A stretch of DNA of 63,579 nucleotides, the filler included, from Collodictyon triciliatum (lineage: Eukaryota), in the NCBI GenBank assembly GCA_043381765.1. It is 11 parts of 11 records of this genome, joined end to end, with 100 filler letters (N's around TTAATTAATTAA, not from the genome) between each part and the next. Parts side by side here need not be neighbours in the genome. Positions count along the whole stretch, not along the records: positions 12,147 to 18,116 come from JBHJMP010004799.1; positions 18,217 to 22,763 come from JBHJMP010004801.1; positions 22,864 to 28,824 come from JBHJMP010004802.1; 8 more parts are not named here. The stretch is one strand, 5' to 3'. The first letter of the stretch is position 1. Each line of letters starts with the position of its first letter. Shown here in pieces: positions 12,303-25,163 of the stretch. The position numbers were made by a program, and so were the translations under genes. The notes below the pieces were generated by a model that was given only the letters and a program-made list of their open reading frames with translations, was not told the DNA's origin and did not search any database.

Positions 12303-14840
12303 ATTTTTGCATATCTCGGTGCAACAGGAAACTCTGCAAGAGTTTTGCCGATGCTTGTAATATCCTCAGTCTCGGGGTGCAACGCGCCAAGAATCTTCAG
12401 AGTCTAGATAATTGCATGATAAACAAAAAATTGAGAAATATTATTGACCATGCATGGTAATCCGCAAAGGATATGATTTTAGAGCATATTTACTTGAATC
12501 GCGGTTTTAATCGACGACATATCAGGTGGAGTTGGGAATGGGAATGATGACACATCTTTGATCCCCATACTTTTCATTTGAAGAACAACACCTGTGAGAT
12601 TGTGATTTATTTTTCCTCTACTTCGACATCGCATGCTTTGGTCAGGTTTGATATGGTTCATGCGGGATACAAACCGTCTATTGGAAGCCTCTGTATCTCG
12701 GGAAGGGAAAATTGAGGGAAGTAATCGTTGAAGACAGCCGATGAATAAAGGCGATAGCAATGCCCTGGACCGATACGACCTGCACGGCCTGCTCTCTATT
12801 GAAGACATACATGAATATCTGATTAGATTTTGATTGAACTCAATTAAATTAACTAATTGTTTTGAGGAAAACATCTAGGTCATGAACCTGATCGGCAGAT
12901 GCCTTTGAAATCCACACGACTTCGTAGCTTGATGACCCATTATTTGCATATACTCTCTAATATATGTCGAGAGGATTGGGATTAGAATAAACATAACAAC
13001 CGGAATGAAAGTCGGGACTGATTATCGAAGTAGATAAACAGTGTCTGAAACATGACGCTTTTCTGGTCTCCCAGATTGTTTATTAAACTATTATTTTACT
13101 GAATAGGTACTCGATTATCCTGAATAGCAAAATATGTGTTTCTTGCAAACCTCTTTGACTTTGCCGCAGTCTACAACATATTTTATTCCGGGTATTGTAA
13201 TCGATGTTTCTGCAACATTGGTGGCAATAACACACAGACGTGCCCCTTCGGGGACAGCTTCGAAAACCTAGATTCGTAAAAAAAAAAATAAAAAAAAATT
13301 CAAATTGAAAATAAATCTTTCATGACTTTTTTTTTATTTTATTATTTCATTATAGATTTCATCTTTGATAATGCTTCATAAGAAAAAATCGAAGTGCTCA
13401 AATCAAAGAATAGAGATTGAATAAAAAAAATGTATATTAATGTGACATATTTCGAAATATATACAAAAGGATAGCTTTTTTTTATTTTTTTACTATAAAA
13501 CCTTCAATTGCTGCGATGTCGGGAGCATAGAATACAATGGGAGGACATATAGAGGAGCACATGCTGACTCTTCATCACTTTCTTCATCATCTGCGTCCTT
13601 CTTCTCCATTTTCATTTCCATTAAATCGTCCATACCATCCTTCAAGCTCCAGGTAATTTTATTGAATAATTAATTCACAATCACTCTCAACAAAAGCCTC
13701 TGTAATGACACTCGTAGAAATAAAATATCTAGAATATATGTAAAATGGAAAAGTACTCATGGACGCCACCACGGTCATCTTTTTCATTGGTTTTCTCTTC
13801 TTCATTAGCCTAATAAGTAGCAACATATCCGCAATATCAGGCGCAATATGAAACCTCAAGAAAAATAAGTGGAAAATGAGACACGAACAATTGAACAATA
13901 CTTCGTTTGAGGATTCTGGGTTTGAACGTCCTTTGGAAAATGGATTGGTCGATGAGAATTTCTTTCGAAGTTTTCTACACAATGTATCAATCTCGAGCTG
14001 ACCAGTAAGAAAAACAAGAATGCCTGGGAACAAGAAATAATATTTTGGCTTTATCTTGTGAAAAAAAATGTCTTGAACCATTTATTTTTGGAAACGCTTG
14101 GCTCATTTACTGGGACAAGTGACTACATTTTATCGAGATATGGCTCGCGGTCACGTGTTAGTATCTTTATATAAAATATCATTTAATTTATCCAAGTTTA
14201 CCTCCATTTGGGAGTCTTCGATGGATTTTGCATATTTTATTGTATGCCTCGGTGACAAAATCAACCAATGGAGTGAGTTTATTAAAGTGAATAGTTACCT
14301 TTGATTTAAAAAAATGAGTATAAAAATAGTATTTTTCGACGTATAATTATAGTGCTAATGAAAAAATCAAGATATTGAATTGTTAGTACATAATGTTATT
14401 AGTATAAATGTAGGGATGTTGATGGAAAAAAGACTGGATGTTGTCGACCGTCAACTTGAATGACTGGAGGAGATTTAGGGAAAAGATTAATGTTCCCTGT
14501 GAAATCTTCAACACGGAGTGTCGCGGACATGATAAGAAGCTTAAGGGGACTGGTCTATGATATCAATAGTTTGCTCAATATTTAAAGGAGATGTATGTAT
14601 CATCGTTTCGTTTGAGAAAGCTATTTACACCACCAAGATTTTATCAGAGCGAGGTAATCTTTGATGTTATTATTAGCTACAAACTTACTATGCCATATTT
14701 TTTTTCTGCCATCAATTTTCTCCGCAACGGGATGATACGAGACAAAAGTCCGATCAGTACGTCGGTATTGAGATTTCTCTCTGATTAAAAGTTGCATCAA
14801 TCAATTACATATTGTGTATTTCCATTGCAGCATCGATGCC

Positions 14841-14871
<31 letters not shown>

Positions 14872-17800
14872 GGTGGCGTCGAAAACCAGTAGGAACAATT
14901 CGATTCACATACCATGAGCTTCGTCCAATATTATGACTGAATATTTCTTTAGAAGGAAGTCTTGCTGAATCTCCTTTAATAAAATACCTGTTTCGGAACA
15001 GTGAAGCAAAAAGATGAGAAAGGGATGTTAGTGCTTACGATCAGTTGGTCTGCCCATTTATTTATGATGCATTATTCTTTTTTTTTCCTTTATTCGATTC
15101 AAAGTATGATGCATTATTCTTGATTGGTTTGTGGATGGAGGGTATGTATTACGTGTTCACATTTAAACAGGAAAAGAAAAAAATTGTTTGTTTGCTTGTT
15201 TTTTTAAAGATGTAAATGTGTATAAGGGAATCATGTATAACCGTCTGTCATGAATTTGATTGCAGTGTCCTTTCCTACATTTGCATCGTAGCTAACATGA
15301 AACGTATCAGTTAATGTCTTTAGCAAAATATTTACCAGCAAAGCATAAGCGCAGTCATTCTATACATGAGTGAATGATTACCGAATCTGGTGAGACACAG
15401 TCTTTCCGTAAGGCGTGTTTAACTCAAAAGCGACTCGGCGGGCCATCGTGACGGCAGCAACACGACGTGGTTGGGTGACACCAATTAATCCCTTCATTTA
15501 CGGATTTAGTGTGATTATAGAATCATAAAAGTTAACTGAAAAAAAAAATTGTATCTGCAGTCTGACATTTTATCATATCACAGGGGAGAAATAAGATTAA
15601 ATCACCATTTTTCAAGACATTGCAATTAGTATAAAAAAAATTAGACCCAGATAGAAAGAAATAACCTTGTTTCCGTAGCCACTTTCGTACAAGAATTGAG
15701 GGATCTGTGTTGTTTTTCCTGAACCTGTTTCACCACAAATGACAGTGATGTCGGTTTCCATTACAGACTCCATTATAACCTTATGATTATAGGTAAAGGA
15801 ATCTGTTACATATCAATAAAAGACCAAGCTTCCTTTCTGGCTAGATACAAGTGAAACCCACGTGACATGAAAGATTGGTTTTTGAGTGTAGATGGAGGGA
15901 CATAATATTGAAATATATAATTTCATTTCCTATTTCGTTCTCGAAACCTGTTCTTCACCAATAATGGGTAATTTCGACCTAGACTCGATGATATCAGCAG
16001 GACGATCAATTAGGATGTAATTCTTGGATGAGCCATCAGCACCAGTAGTGGGCTCTGTCTCGACAGCAATTTTCATGTTTGAATCACCATCGGATCTGAA
16101 TGAAAAGCGGGACAAGATGAGAATGATAAGTGAATCCAGAAAAAAATACAGGAGGGGAGGAAAATTTGGAAAAGAAAAATAGCCATAGAAGAGTGACTTG
16201 GACTTTAATTTTGTCTCTGGTGGGCTACTCGGAGGTTCTGTTTTCAGCTTCTTTTCTGTCTCAAAAATGTATAATTATTTAATATCAAGCCATTCTCGAT
16301 GGAAATCAATCGGCGTCGTGTTAGTGGTTTAATTATTTTTTTTTAAAAATTGTTACTTATAAATAATAGCAATATATATTAGATGGAGACACAAACCAGG
16401 ATTCTCTGGAGGTAAAATCTGATTTGATGGGGCTACCTCCTTATTCGCACCAACTAATGATTGGACGTTTGTTCCCTTATGTACTGATTTTGACTCTGTA
16501 TTAACCTTTGGAGATGGTTTTGTCTGGGGCTTTAGCTCGCCAGCGTTCGTCTTTGATGATTGATTCAAAAGGTTGGGCCTAGCTGGTTTCTTATCCGATA
16601 GTTGATTTGTAGAGGATGAAACACCAGCGGAATCACTATTGCTCTGCTTTTTAACGACTTCTTCTTTCTCGCTACTTTCGTCGCTGCTTTCAATGTCATC
16701 TTGACCTGCAACCTCTTCAAAAGGATTTCCGAGTTTAATATTTCTCTCATGGTAAAGCTCATCGAAAGCCTCTTTGGAAAGCTGCAACCCCGCGCGTTCT
16801 TCTTGCAAAGCACGCTTGAGTCTCTGCTTTTTTGATTCTTTCTGAGTTGAAGAAAAGGAAAACGTTAGCTGGGAACCTCAGTGAATGCATTTACCCAAGA
16901 ATGGAATGTGTTGGATTTGTTGTCAGTGTTATTATCCACACTGAGTATGCCATATCTGATTACCCAGCTGTATAAATGAATTACATACCTGACCAAGAGT
17001 TCCGGTCGAGTGGAGGAGGGATAATTGATCAGCAGACAGCGAATGCTCCCTAAATACAGAAGAGGGAAAGAAAGTGAACTGTTTGTGACGAAGAAACAAT
17101 TGAAGGATTACGCGGGTGAGTTTGCTGTTATTGGAAACAAATTATTGCTTTCATGGTTGGTGAATCATGCCGAAATGTAGAAAAAAGCATCAAAACGATT
17201 TCCTTTTTATTACTTAAGCTCATTGTATATATCCCCACGCTGCGCTATTTTCTGCTTCACACTCTACAAAATCGAGATAATTATATCAGGAGGTGATAGA
17301 TTTATAATCGTTTTTATTATGACATTCAGTATTAAAAAAAAGTATAAAAAAGTGTAAGGGTTGTTATATTTTCGTCATTCTGTTGCGTTCATATTTGATA
17401 TCTAACCTCAAGGTAATGGATGCGTCTTTGTTTGGCTTTGCTCAGTATTTTCACAGGTGGTGTCTTCTCCTAAATGCGAAAGAATTGCGATTGTATTATA
17501 ATCATGTCAAAAGCAATTTAAAAAAATATCATAATTATAATTGTCATCATCACGTTTCAAAGGTTCTTCTGGCTATTCACACCACGAATAAAGTCTTGTA
17601 AACAATTCTTGGATAGTTCTAATGAATGAAAAGTATATCCTATTTGAAGGTTTTACTTTGGGCTCTTCTTTCTTTTCTTTCTTAGCGGGCATCACCAAGG
17701 CATTCGACTCATTGTCTGCCAACATACTACAATAAAGAATGCAAATAAATGAGACGTTGTTGCAGAATGAATGAATTAGAATGCACGAAAATGAGAAAGC

Positions 17801-17973
17801 TCTTGCTTTGTTCCTCCGAGTTGCTCCAAGAGAGTTTCCGACAAAATCTTCGAGGCTTCGAGGGCTGTTTTCGGTGCAGACTCTGCCTTTGCGGATTCGC
17901 CGTCGTTGCTTTCTTTTCCTTGTTGCTGTGATTGCTCCCGTGCGCGAAGAAGATTCTTCTTCTTTCGACCCAT
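12303..17973 (-). CDS. DHX37: DEAH-box RNA helicase DHX37/Dhr1/Kurz, multi-exon, 3'-partial
   Basis: Spliced exons give [80 protein letters not shown] and FPTPP. The N-terminal SNALVMP and the [10 protein letters not shown] motif are characteristic of DHX37. Confidence 0.9.
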
Positions 17974-17989
17974 TATCTGTCTTGCGGTT

Positions 17990-18116
17990 GTTTTTATGTG
18001 TTTTTTATGTGTTTTTTATGTGTTTTTTATGTGTTTTTTATGTGTTTTTTATGTGTTTTTTATGTGTTTTTTATGTGTTTTTTATGTGTTTTTTTTTTTT
18101 TTTTTTTTTTTTTTTT
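17990..18116. repeat. (GTGTTTTTTAT)n repeat plus poly-T
   Basis: Directly visible. Confidence 0.9.
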
Positions 18117-18356
18117 NNNNNNNNNNNNNNNNNNNNNNNNNNNNNNNNNNNNNNNNNNNNTTAATTAATTAANNNNNNNNNNNNNNNNNNNNNNNNNNNN
18201 NNNNNNNNNNNNNNNNTTTAGCCTACTATTAAAATTTATCATTATCCCCCATACTGCAACTTAATAATTTTTTACATAAATTAAAAAAAAAAAAAAAAAA
18301 AAAAAACGCTAGTGTAATAGAACACAATATAACCGGAAAATGCATTGCTCTTATAG

Positions 18357-19532
18357 CCTGGATAGGAATTGGTGCGGCTGACGGGAAAACAAAGAAGCTG
18401 GAGCAGGATATCACTATCTATGCAGGGGTCACCTATGTGTTCTTAGCCGCACTAATAGGCATGTTTGGAGTGCTAGTCCACAAGTCGCCATCTGGAGCCT
18501 ATGTGAGCAAAAAAATCAGATACTGAAAGCCCATCCAGTCATGTTAAGCTTATTCTATTGGGTGCACTCATATCGAAGCGTCCAATTCTATGCACAAATA
18601 TGTACGTATACAACCTTATTCTTTGCTGCTGTTTGCACCATAGGCACAAATCATGTATAGGAACCCAGGGTACTCATGGCCGGCGTTAACCTTTCTATTA
18701 TTCCTAAGCTTTCTGTCCAGATCTGCGTTCAACTTGTACTATTCCCTCACTAACGAGTCAGGAGACACGTTTCACAAAAAGGTTTCAATCAGTATTTTTT
18801 TTTTTTTTTTAGAGTCCGAAGTATATGATAAAAAAATAGGCATGAGATGTGGCACACATGATATGTTGAGCCCTTTTTTCTTTTTGATAATAATTATGAA
18901 TAATAATAGGCAATTCGATATGATATCGACTATTCATATTTCCTAGTGTCTCTGTGGTGGGAGCTAATTCCCACAACACTAGTTTTGGCATATTTTAAGG
19001 TGCGTTTTTGTTTTTAGATAAAACTTTTTATTGTAAAAACCAATCAATCAATCAATATGAATCATAATGAATCATAATGAATCCATCTACTGGATAAAAC
19101 AGCATAAAATGTATTTAGAACTAACAGACCGACAAATAGATACCAAACTGCGCCAAGATGTACCGGAGGCACTTCAAAACCACCACACAAGACCTCCCAC
19201 CCACGGTATTTCTGCACGTTGAAGAGAGCGAATCTGCAGACTCATGTATGCCAGATAATTTAATGCATGCATATATATATTTATGTTCTGTGGCATTGAC
19301 TTTGTTTTGTTTTCTTTCCGGCGGGATGAAAAAAAAAAAAAAAGATCAAACGCCGCAAAGGAAGACTAGTCCAATAAATGTATTCGAGAATCCACGCCGT
19401 TACGACAGCGACGACGAAACGAGTGAAAGGATGTCATTGATAAGCTCAGCAGTTGATTTCACTCACTCTGGGTAAGCTCCGCTAACATATGCATGCTAAT
19501 ATAGATTCTTGCAGACGGCTATGAAGAAATAA
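18357..19532 (+). CDS. GPR137: GPR137/TM7SF1-family lysosomal 7TM protein, 5'-partial, multi-exon
   Basis: Spliced exons give TM helices, the family motif LWWELIPTTLVLAYF and the tail motif FENPRRYDSDDE (GPR137B as recalled: WELLPTTLV, FDNPRRYDSDDD). The last exon is tentative. Confidence 0.82.
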
Positions 19533-20067
19533 ATCTCCCCCATCTTTCCTTTTCTTCTTTGACCTTATATAAAGCTTAATATTTATTTTTATCATGTGAA
19601 TTCGTGTACCGAAGTCCGTTTGACCGCCGTCCCATCTTCATCCCAACTGTCCCTTCATCTTCAATTCCTGAGGAGGCAATGGGATTTTCGACGGAGCCTT
19701 TCCTGAAGAAAGCCAGCTCTGTTCCAAACTGAAGACAGGAAGAAACGGACAGGGCAGAGTAAGTGACACGGTTCTAGCCACAGGAATTTTAATGTTTCGC
19801 ACAACTTATTCATTGTTTTTTCTTTTTTTATCCAAGACCGACCTATCACACCAAGTATGCGTCCGGAATCATGAGGGGTTTCCTCATCCCAAGTGGTCTT
19901 CTGAAAGATACATCACCTCCATTTTTCCTCTGCTTTTTCCCTTTTTTTTTTCTTTTTCTTTTAATTCTTATAATCCCCAATACCAAGAAATTCAGTCAGT
20001 TATGCACCCATCCAATTCTACACAAGTTTCATTTTGTAAATAATAAAAGTCTACGCCTTTTTTTTTG

Positions 20068-20068
20068 G

Positions 20069-20164
<96 letters not shown>
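20068..20164. repeat. (AAT)n microsatellite
   Basis: Directly visible. Confidence 0.95.
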
Positions 20165-20166
<2 letters not shown>

Positions 20167-20426
20167 GAAATTACACCATTTTATGGAATTGACTTCGAAA
20201 CGAGAGAAAATAGGACAGACAAGTCATTATTAACTATCGATATTTTTGTGAAATGGTCAATTTTGTGAGACAGTTTATTCCTTTATGTCAAGGTTTACAA
20301 AAAAGAAAAAGAGAAAAGAATCACGAAGACAAGAAGTAAAAAGGAACTTTTATATCTACCATAATACTCATCGTTTTCCCAAAGAAAAAATAACAGGAAA
20401 AAGTCTACTCTGAAGTGAAGTTACTT

Positions 20427-22507
20427 TCACTGTGGGATATCGATAAATGGTATCACGGACACATCTCCGTTTAGACTAATAATTTGGATTCTCTGCACAC
20501 CAGAAGTTTGGCCTATGGTAGTTGGAAGAGGCATTGAATATGGTAGAGCTAGGGGATAGTGCGTATTGCTTGCGAGGGTTTCTTTTTTTTCTCACCTTAA
20601 TTTGAATATTAAGATATTTTACACAATAAAATAAAAACAAAAGGAATTTAATGGAAAAAAGAGAAAAGAAAAAAGACAACAACTCAATAGTCATTATGCA
20701 CACCTTTATCTGAAGAGCGGGTTGATGCGTTGAATAGAAGTTTTCCTCGACTTAACAATTCCCGACCAAAGGTCAAATCATAAAGTTTGTAATATAATGT
20801 TTTCTTCTGAAAGTCAGCTTTAGACTTCATCCATTCAAAGTCCTCTAACATGTTGTAAATAAAAATAAATTAATTGTTGAGCATGATTACAGAGAGCGTA
20901 CCTCATCGGCAATCCTGTTGAAATTAGATCGAAGAATTTACTTAAAGGTTGGATATTAATATCTTCAGGTGGCCGGATTATAACGAAATGGTTCTTGTCA
21001 ACCTTAGACAAGAAAGCATATTCAGTCTATCTGTGTAAATTATGCAAATGACACAAAAGATAAAAAGAAAAAAAAAGAAAAAAAAGACTATAGGAGAGGA
21101 GAACAATCGCTAGAATAACCTTACCGATCCAGACGACCGTGTAAAAGTTTGCTTGTTGATTTTGTCTTGGATGTGAATCTCGATTATATTTCCTAAAATT
21201 TCTTCGTCATTCACCTTTATCTATGAATCATCATTTTGTGTGTTAGCGAGAATATACCAAAGTCACAAAAAACTCTGAAAAAGTGGATCTAAAAAAGATA
21301 AGAAAAGAAAAGAAAAAAAGAAAACTGAGAATTGAAAGTGTGACACCAATTCCCATTTTATCTACATCTGAAGGTAGTGATATAAGACATATGAATATTC
21401 ATGCTAACCGCAATATCAAATTCTTCGTAATTATGTTGTTCAAAAGAATTGTCAGATTCGAACTCGTGCTGGAGGTTAAGTAATCAAGTATATTAATTAT
21501 AAAATGTGCTCAACTTCCCAGTTTTTTTGTTTCCATATTACATTAAAATTATTTTTATTTACCTGATGTATTTCGATGTTGCTACTGTTTGTTTATTTGA
21601 AAGGTAAATTACAAATGAAATGAAGGAATTCACAGATGCTTTTATTATGCATAAAGGAAAAACATCAAAGGAAATTCAAGTAATTTACCTGGACCCGGTT
21701 TGCTTGCTGGCAACCATTCCCTAAAACAACAGAGGATTAGTTGCATGTGATGCCTAAACGACACACAGTTTTCATCATGAAAAAAAATATGTTCGATTAT
21801 CTAAAATCTATATTACCTGTGCTATGCTGTCTAGTCGCCGCAAACCTGACAAATTTCACCCGTTAATTTAAAGTGTTTTTTTTGACATCAAGATATGAAC
21901 ATATATGCTATTTCCTAAATAAATGAGGCAAATGCATCAAAAAAACGATGGAACTAATTTTACTGGAGCTGAGGGTTCTTGATCTCCTGATGCTGGCTGG
22001 CACATCTCGCAAATAAACTCTTGACGATGTAGAGCTCTGCCCAGAGCGTACGGTGAGAAAATCATCCCCGATAGTTCCAAAAGATAGATTTTTTAACTAG
22101 CCATAATTACGCGTTATAAATATGTCACGTAGATATTGACTTTTGTAGAGAAAATATAAACGCGGCTGTCATTAGAAAATGAAACTAAATCCCGACTTTG
22201 ATTCATACATTCTATAAAAGATTATTATACGTTTATGTCTTACTGGTATTGACCCTGAAGACATCGAAGACGGAGATTGTTGTGCGTATCGGCCTGTTTC
22301 ATTTCTTACAGATGATTTACTCCTAAAAGTTCCCCATGCCTCTGAATTAGAGTCGCTCTTCTTTGGAGTGTTGGCGCTTCTCCCTGTTGGGAGCCCCGTG
22401 CGACTCGAGCTTGATGGTTTATCTTGTGCCCTATCTTTTGCATTTTTCTCAAATTTATCTGCAACAGTCATAGTTTCTTGTTCTGAAATGGACTCCTGGT
22501 CGACATC
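20427..22507 (-). CDS. Hypothetical protein, 5'-partial, multi-exon (Ser-rich region followed by a globular-looking C-terminus)
   Basis: GT-AG-bounded exons at about 22243-22507, 21964-22078, 21125-21220, 20942-21002, 20704-20845 and 20427-20581. The last four join in frame. Confidence 0.6.
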
Positions 22508-22645
22508 CTAGTTAATTGAAATAAGGATTATTCTTTTTTGTTGGACCAGATTGTCAAAAGAGCGCATAAAATGACCCGATCAAATGTGAATAATATCAAA
22601 ATTAATGCTAGTCTTGTAATTTACCAATACCTCTTAATTGTAAAG

Positions 22646-23135
22646 GAGTAAAAAAAAGAGTAAAAAAAGAGTAAAAAAAAGAGTAAAAAAAAGAGTAAAA
22701 AAAAGAGTAAAAAAAGAGTAAAAAAAAAGAGAAAAAAAAAGAGTAAAAAAAAGAGTAAAAAAANNNNNNNNNNNNNNNNNNNNNNNNNNNNNNNNNNNNN
22801 NNNNNNNTTAATTAATTAANNNNNNNNNNNNNNNNNNNNNNNNNNNNNNNNNNNNNNNNNNNNAAAGAAAAAAGAAAAAAGAAAAAAGAAAAAAGAAAAA
22901 AGAAAAAAGAAAAAAGAAAAAAGAAAAAAGAAAAAAGAAAAAGAAAAAGAAAAAAGAAAAAAAGAAAAAAGGAAAAAAAGGAAAAAAAGGAAAAAAAGGA
23001 AAAAAAGGAAAAAAGGAAAAAGAAAAAGAAAAAAGAAAAAAAGAAAAAAGGAAAAAAAGGAAAAAAAGGAAAAAAGGAAAAAAAGGAAAAAAAGGAAAAA
23101 AAGGAAAAAAAAGGAAATAGGAAAAAGAAAAAGAA
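22646..23135. repeat. A-rich repeats (GAGTA6-7)n and (GA5-6/GGA6)n flanking a spacer
   Basis: Directly visible. Confidence 0.9.
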
Positions 23136-23445
23136 CCATATGAATGAATCATAGCAATCAATACTGAGGATTACATTCATACTTATCTTGCTACCCGTAG
23201 TTGGTGGCTAGAGCCTTTCAGCCTTTCAGCCTTTCAGTCTTTCAGCCTTTCTTCAGGCATCTCTAGTTCTCTTCGATTCCTTGCGAGAATCGCTTAGGCA
23301 TGGAACCTTTCATCATTATGCTGAAGTATCTCCCTTTACCGTCTTTGTCTGTCCTAAACCCGCATCTTTGCTAGTCTTCCTCCATTTCTTCAGGCGTCTC
23401 ATTTTGCCTATTGACTTTTGCAAGACCGCTTTTCTCTCCCTCGCT

Positions 23446-23520
<75 letters not shown>

Positions 23521-25163
23521 TCATCTTGCTCCTCATTTCGCAGTCGCTTTTCTTGTTTTGTTTTTTTACCCAAGTTTTGTGACGCAACTTGATCGTCGCT
23601 CATGCAGGCTGGATGTGATGGAATGACCTTTTGCTTATATTCTTGTTCCGCCAAATCGAACTATATAGTTTATTTCTATTTATATTAATATGCCATTCGA
23701 TATTCAAGCTTCTTAACACATCAATTATTACCATAAAAGCCGTCAATAAAATACCTCACTCATTCCAAATGACATAAAATTTATTTACTGTTTTTTTATG
23801 TAATTGTTTTAACCCATTTCATTGAGGGGAATATTTGACTTGATTCTTCATTTTACACATAATCCTAATACCAAGACAGAAAAGATATATCTTCTATTGC
23901 TCTATGGGTTGCAATATTGCATGTTTTGATATCTCACTGCGATAGCAGGCTAGGAGCGCTGGAGTCGTCCATGCCACAGAGTTTTGCTCATAGCGTGTTG
24001 CAGGCTTATGCTCCGTAAGCAAAAGATCATTACTTCGCTTCTATCTTGCCTCATCATGGGAGCCCGCTCTGTCTTGTTAGTAGGTTGCTGTACTCACGGG
24101 TCGGTGGCAGCTGACGTCTTGATCGTCGGTGTGTCTCTGTGCATTACCTGTGTTGTAAGGGATGTGGTCAACTGACCTTTTCGCTCTCTGGGTTGGCTGC
24201 GTCGGCCTTCTCATTTTGCGTAAGGTCAGAAGGCATTCCTGGAGCAGGGCTGTGGCGCCGGTCTCCTGGTAGGCAGTCTCGTCCTTCCCAGGATTGCTTG
24301 CGTGTTTTTGTTTTTTTTCCGGCTTCAGGATATGGCGGGTTGAGGGCAGAAAGAACCCTAGTGTAATATTATTATTTTTCAGAGAATGTGTCCTTTTTTC
24401 TCTCATGTGTGCTTGTTTCTCAGCAAAGGATACTTTTTCTTAATTGTTGTGTTTTTTTTTTTTATTGTTCCCCTCAACTCAGTTTGTGTCGGTGTGTGAA
24501 CATCAGATTTATTCCCATTTGTGATCTATAGAATATCTTACCCTTTGGGTGTTTCCATTCGTGCAAACATGCTTACAAACAAACAAACTAATTGTGGGAA
24601 TATATGTTTTATGAGCTAAATTCGTTCGGAATCGCCTTTTCAGATAATCTGATGTGCGAGATTTTATAATTTCCAGAAATATGATAGGAGAGACTTGTTT
24701 CCGTTCTTCCTTTATGGTCGGAGACGAAATCAAACCAATCCCCTGCGAGCACACGACAATGGTTCGGAGGGACGTTTGGATAAGGGAGGGTGATCTGGTT
24801 GGGGTCTGAGACAAGCCGCAGTTCGCTTGCATTCGGTTCCTCTCTTATGCTGGGAGGATACCAAGAAGCTTATTTTCATTATGTTTTTTTTTTTTGGGGG
24901 TGGAGCGAGTAATTTCTTGTCGCTTTGTTAAATTGGTGCGCAGTCAACAGTCTTTTTTTTACTTTATCAACTCTGCCTTTGTAATTTTTTTTTTGTTGTT
25001 TTTGTTGTTTTTGTTGTTTTTGTTTTTGTTTTTGTTTTTGTTGTTTTTGTTTTTGTTTTTGTTTTTGTTTTTGTTTTTGTTTTTGTTTTTGTTTTTGTTT
25101 TTGTTTTTGTTGTTTTTGTTTTTGTTTTTGTTTTTGTTGATATTATTATTAGTAATTTTTTTT

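Noticed and set aside
12464-12473. ATATCCTTTG (U12 donor-like) on the sense strand of a DHX37 intron
   Set aside because: A canonical GT-AG intron already gives the correct [11 protein letters not shown] join, and an in-frame TAA precedes the motif.
24420-24432. GTATCCTTTG on the minus strand; similar words at about 48667, 51611 and 55707
   Set aside because: There is no flanking coding frame or convincing U12 branch point to support an intron.
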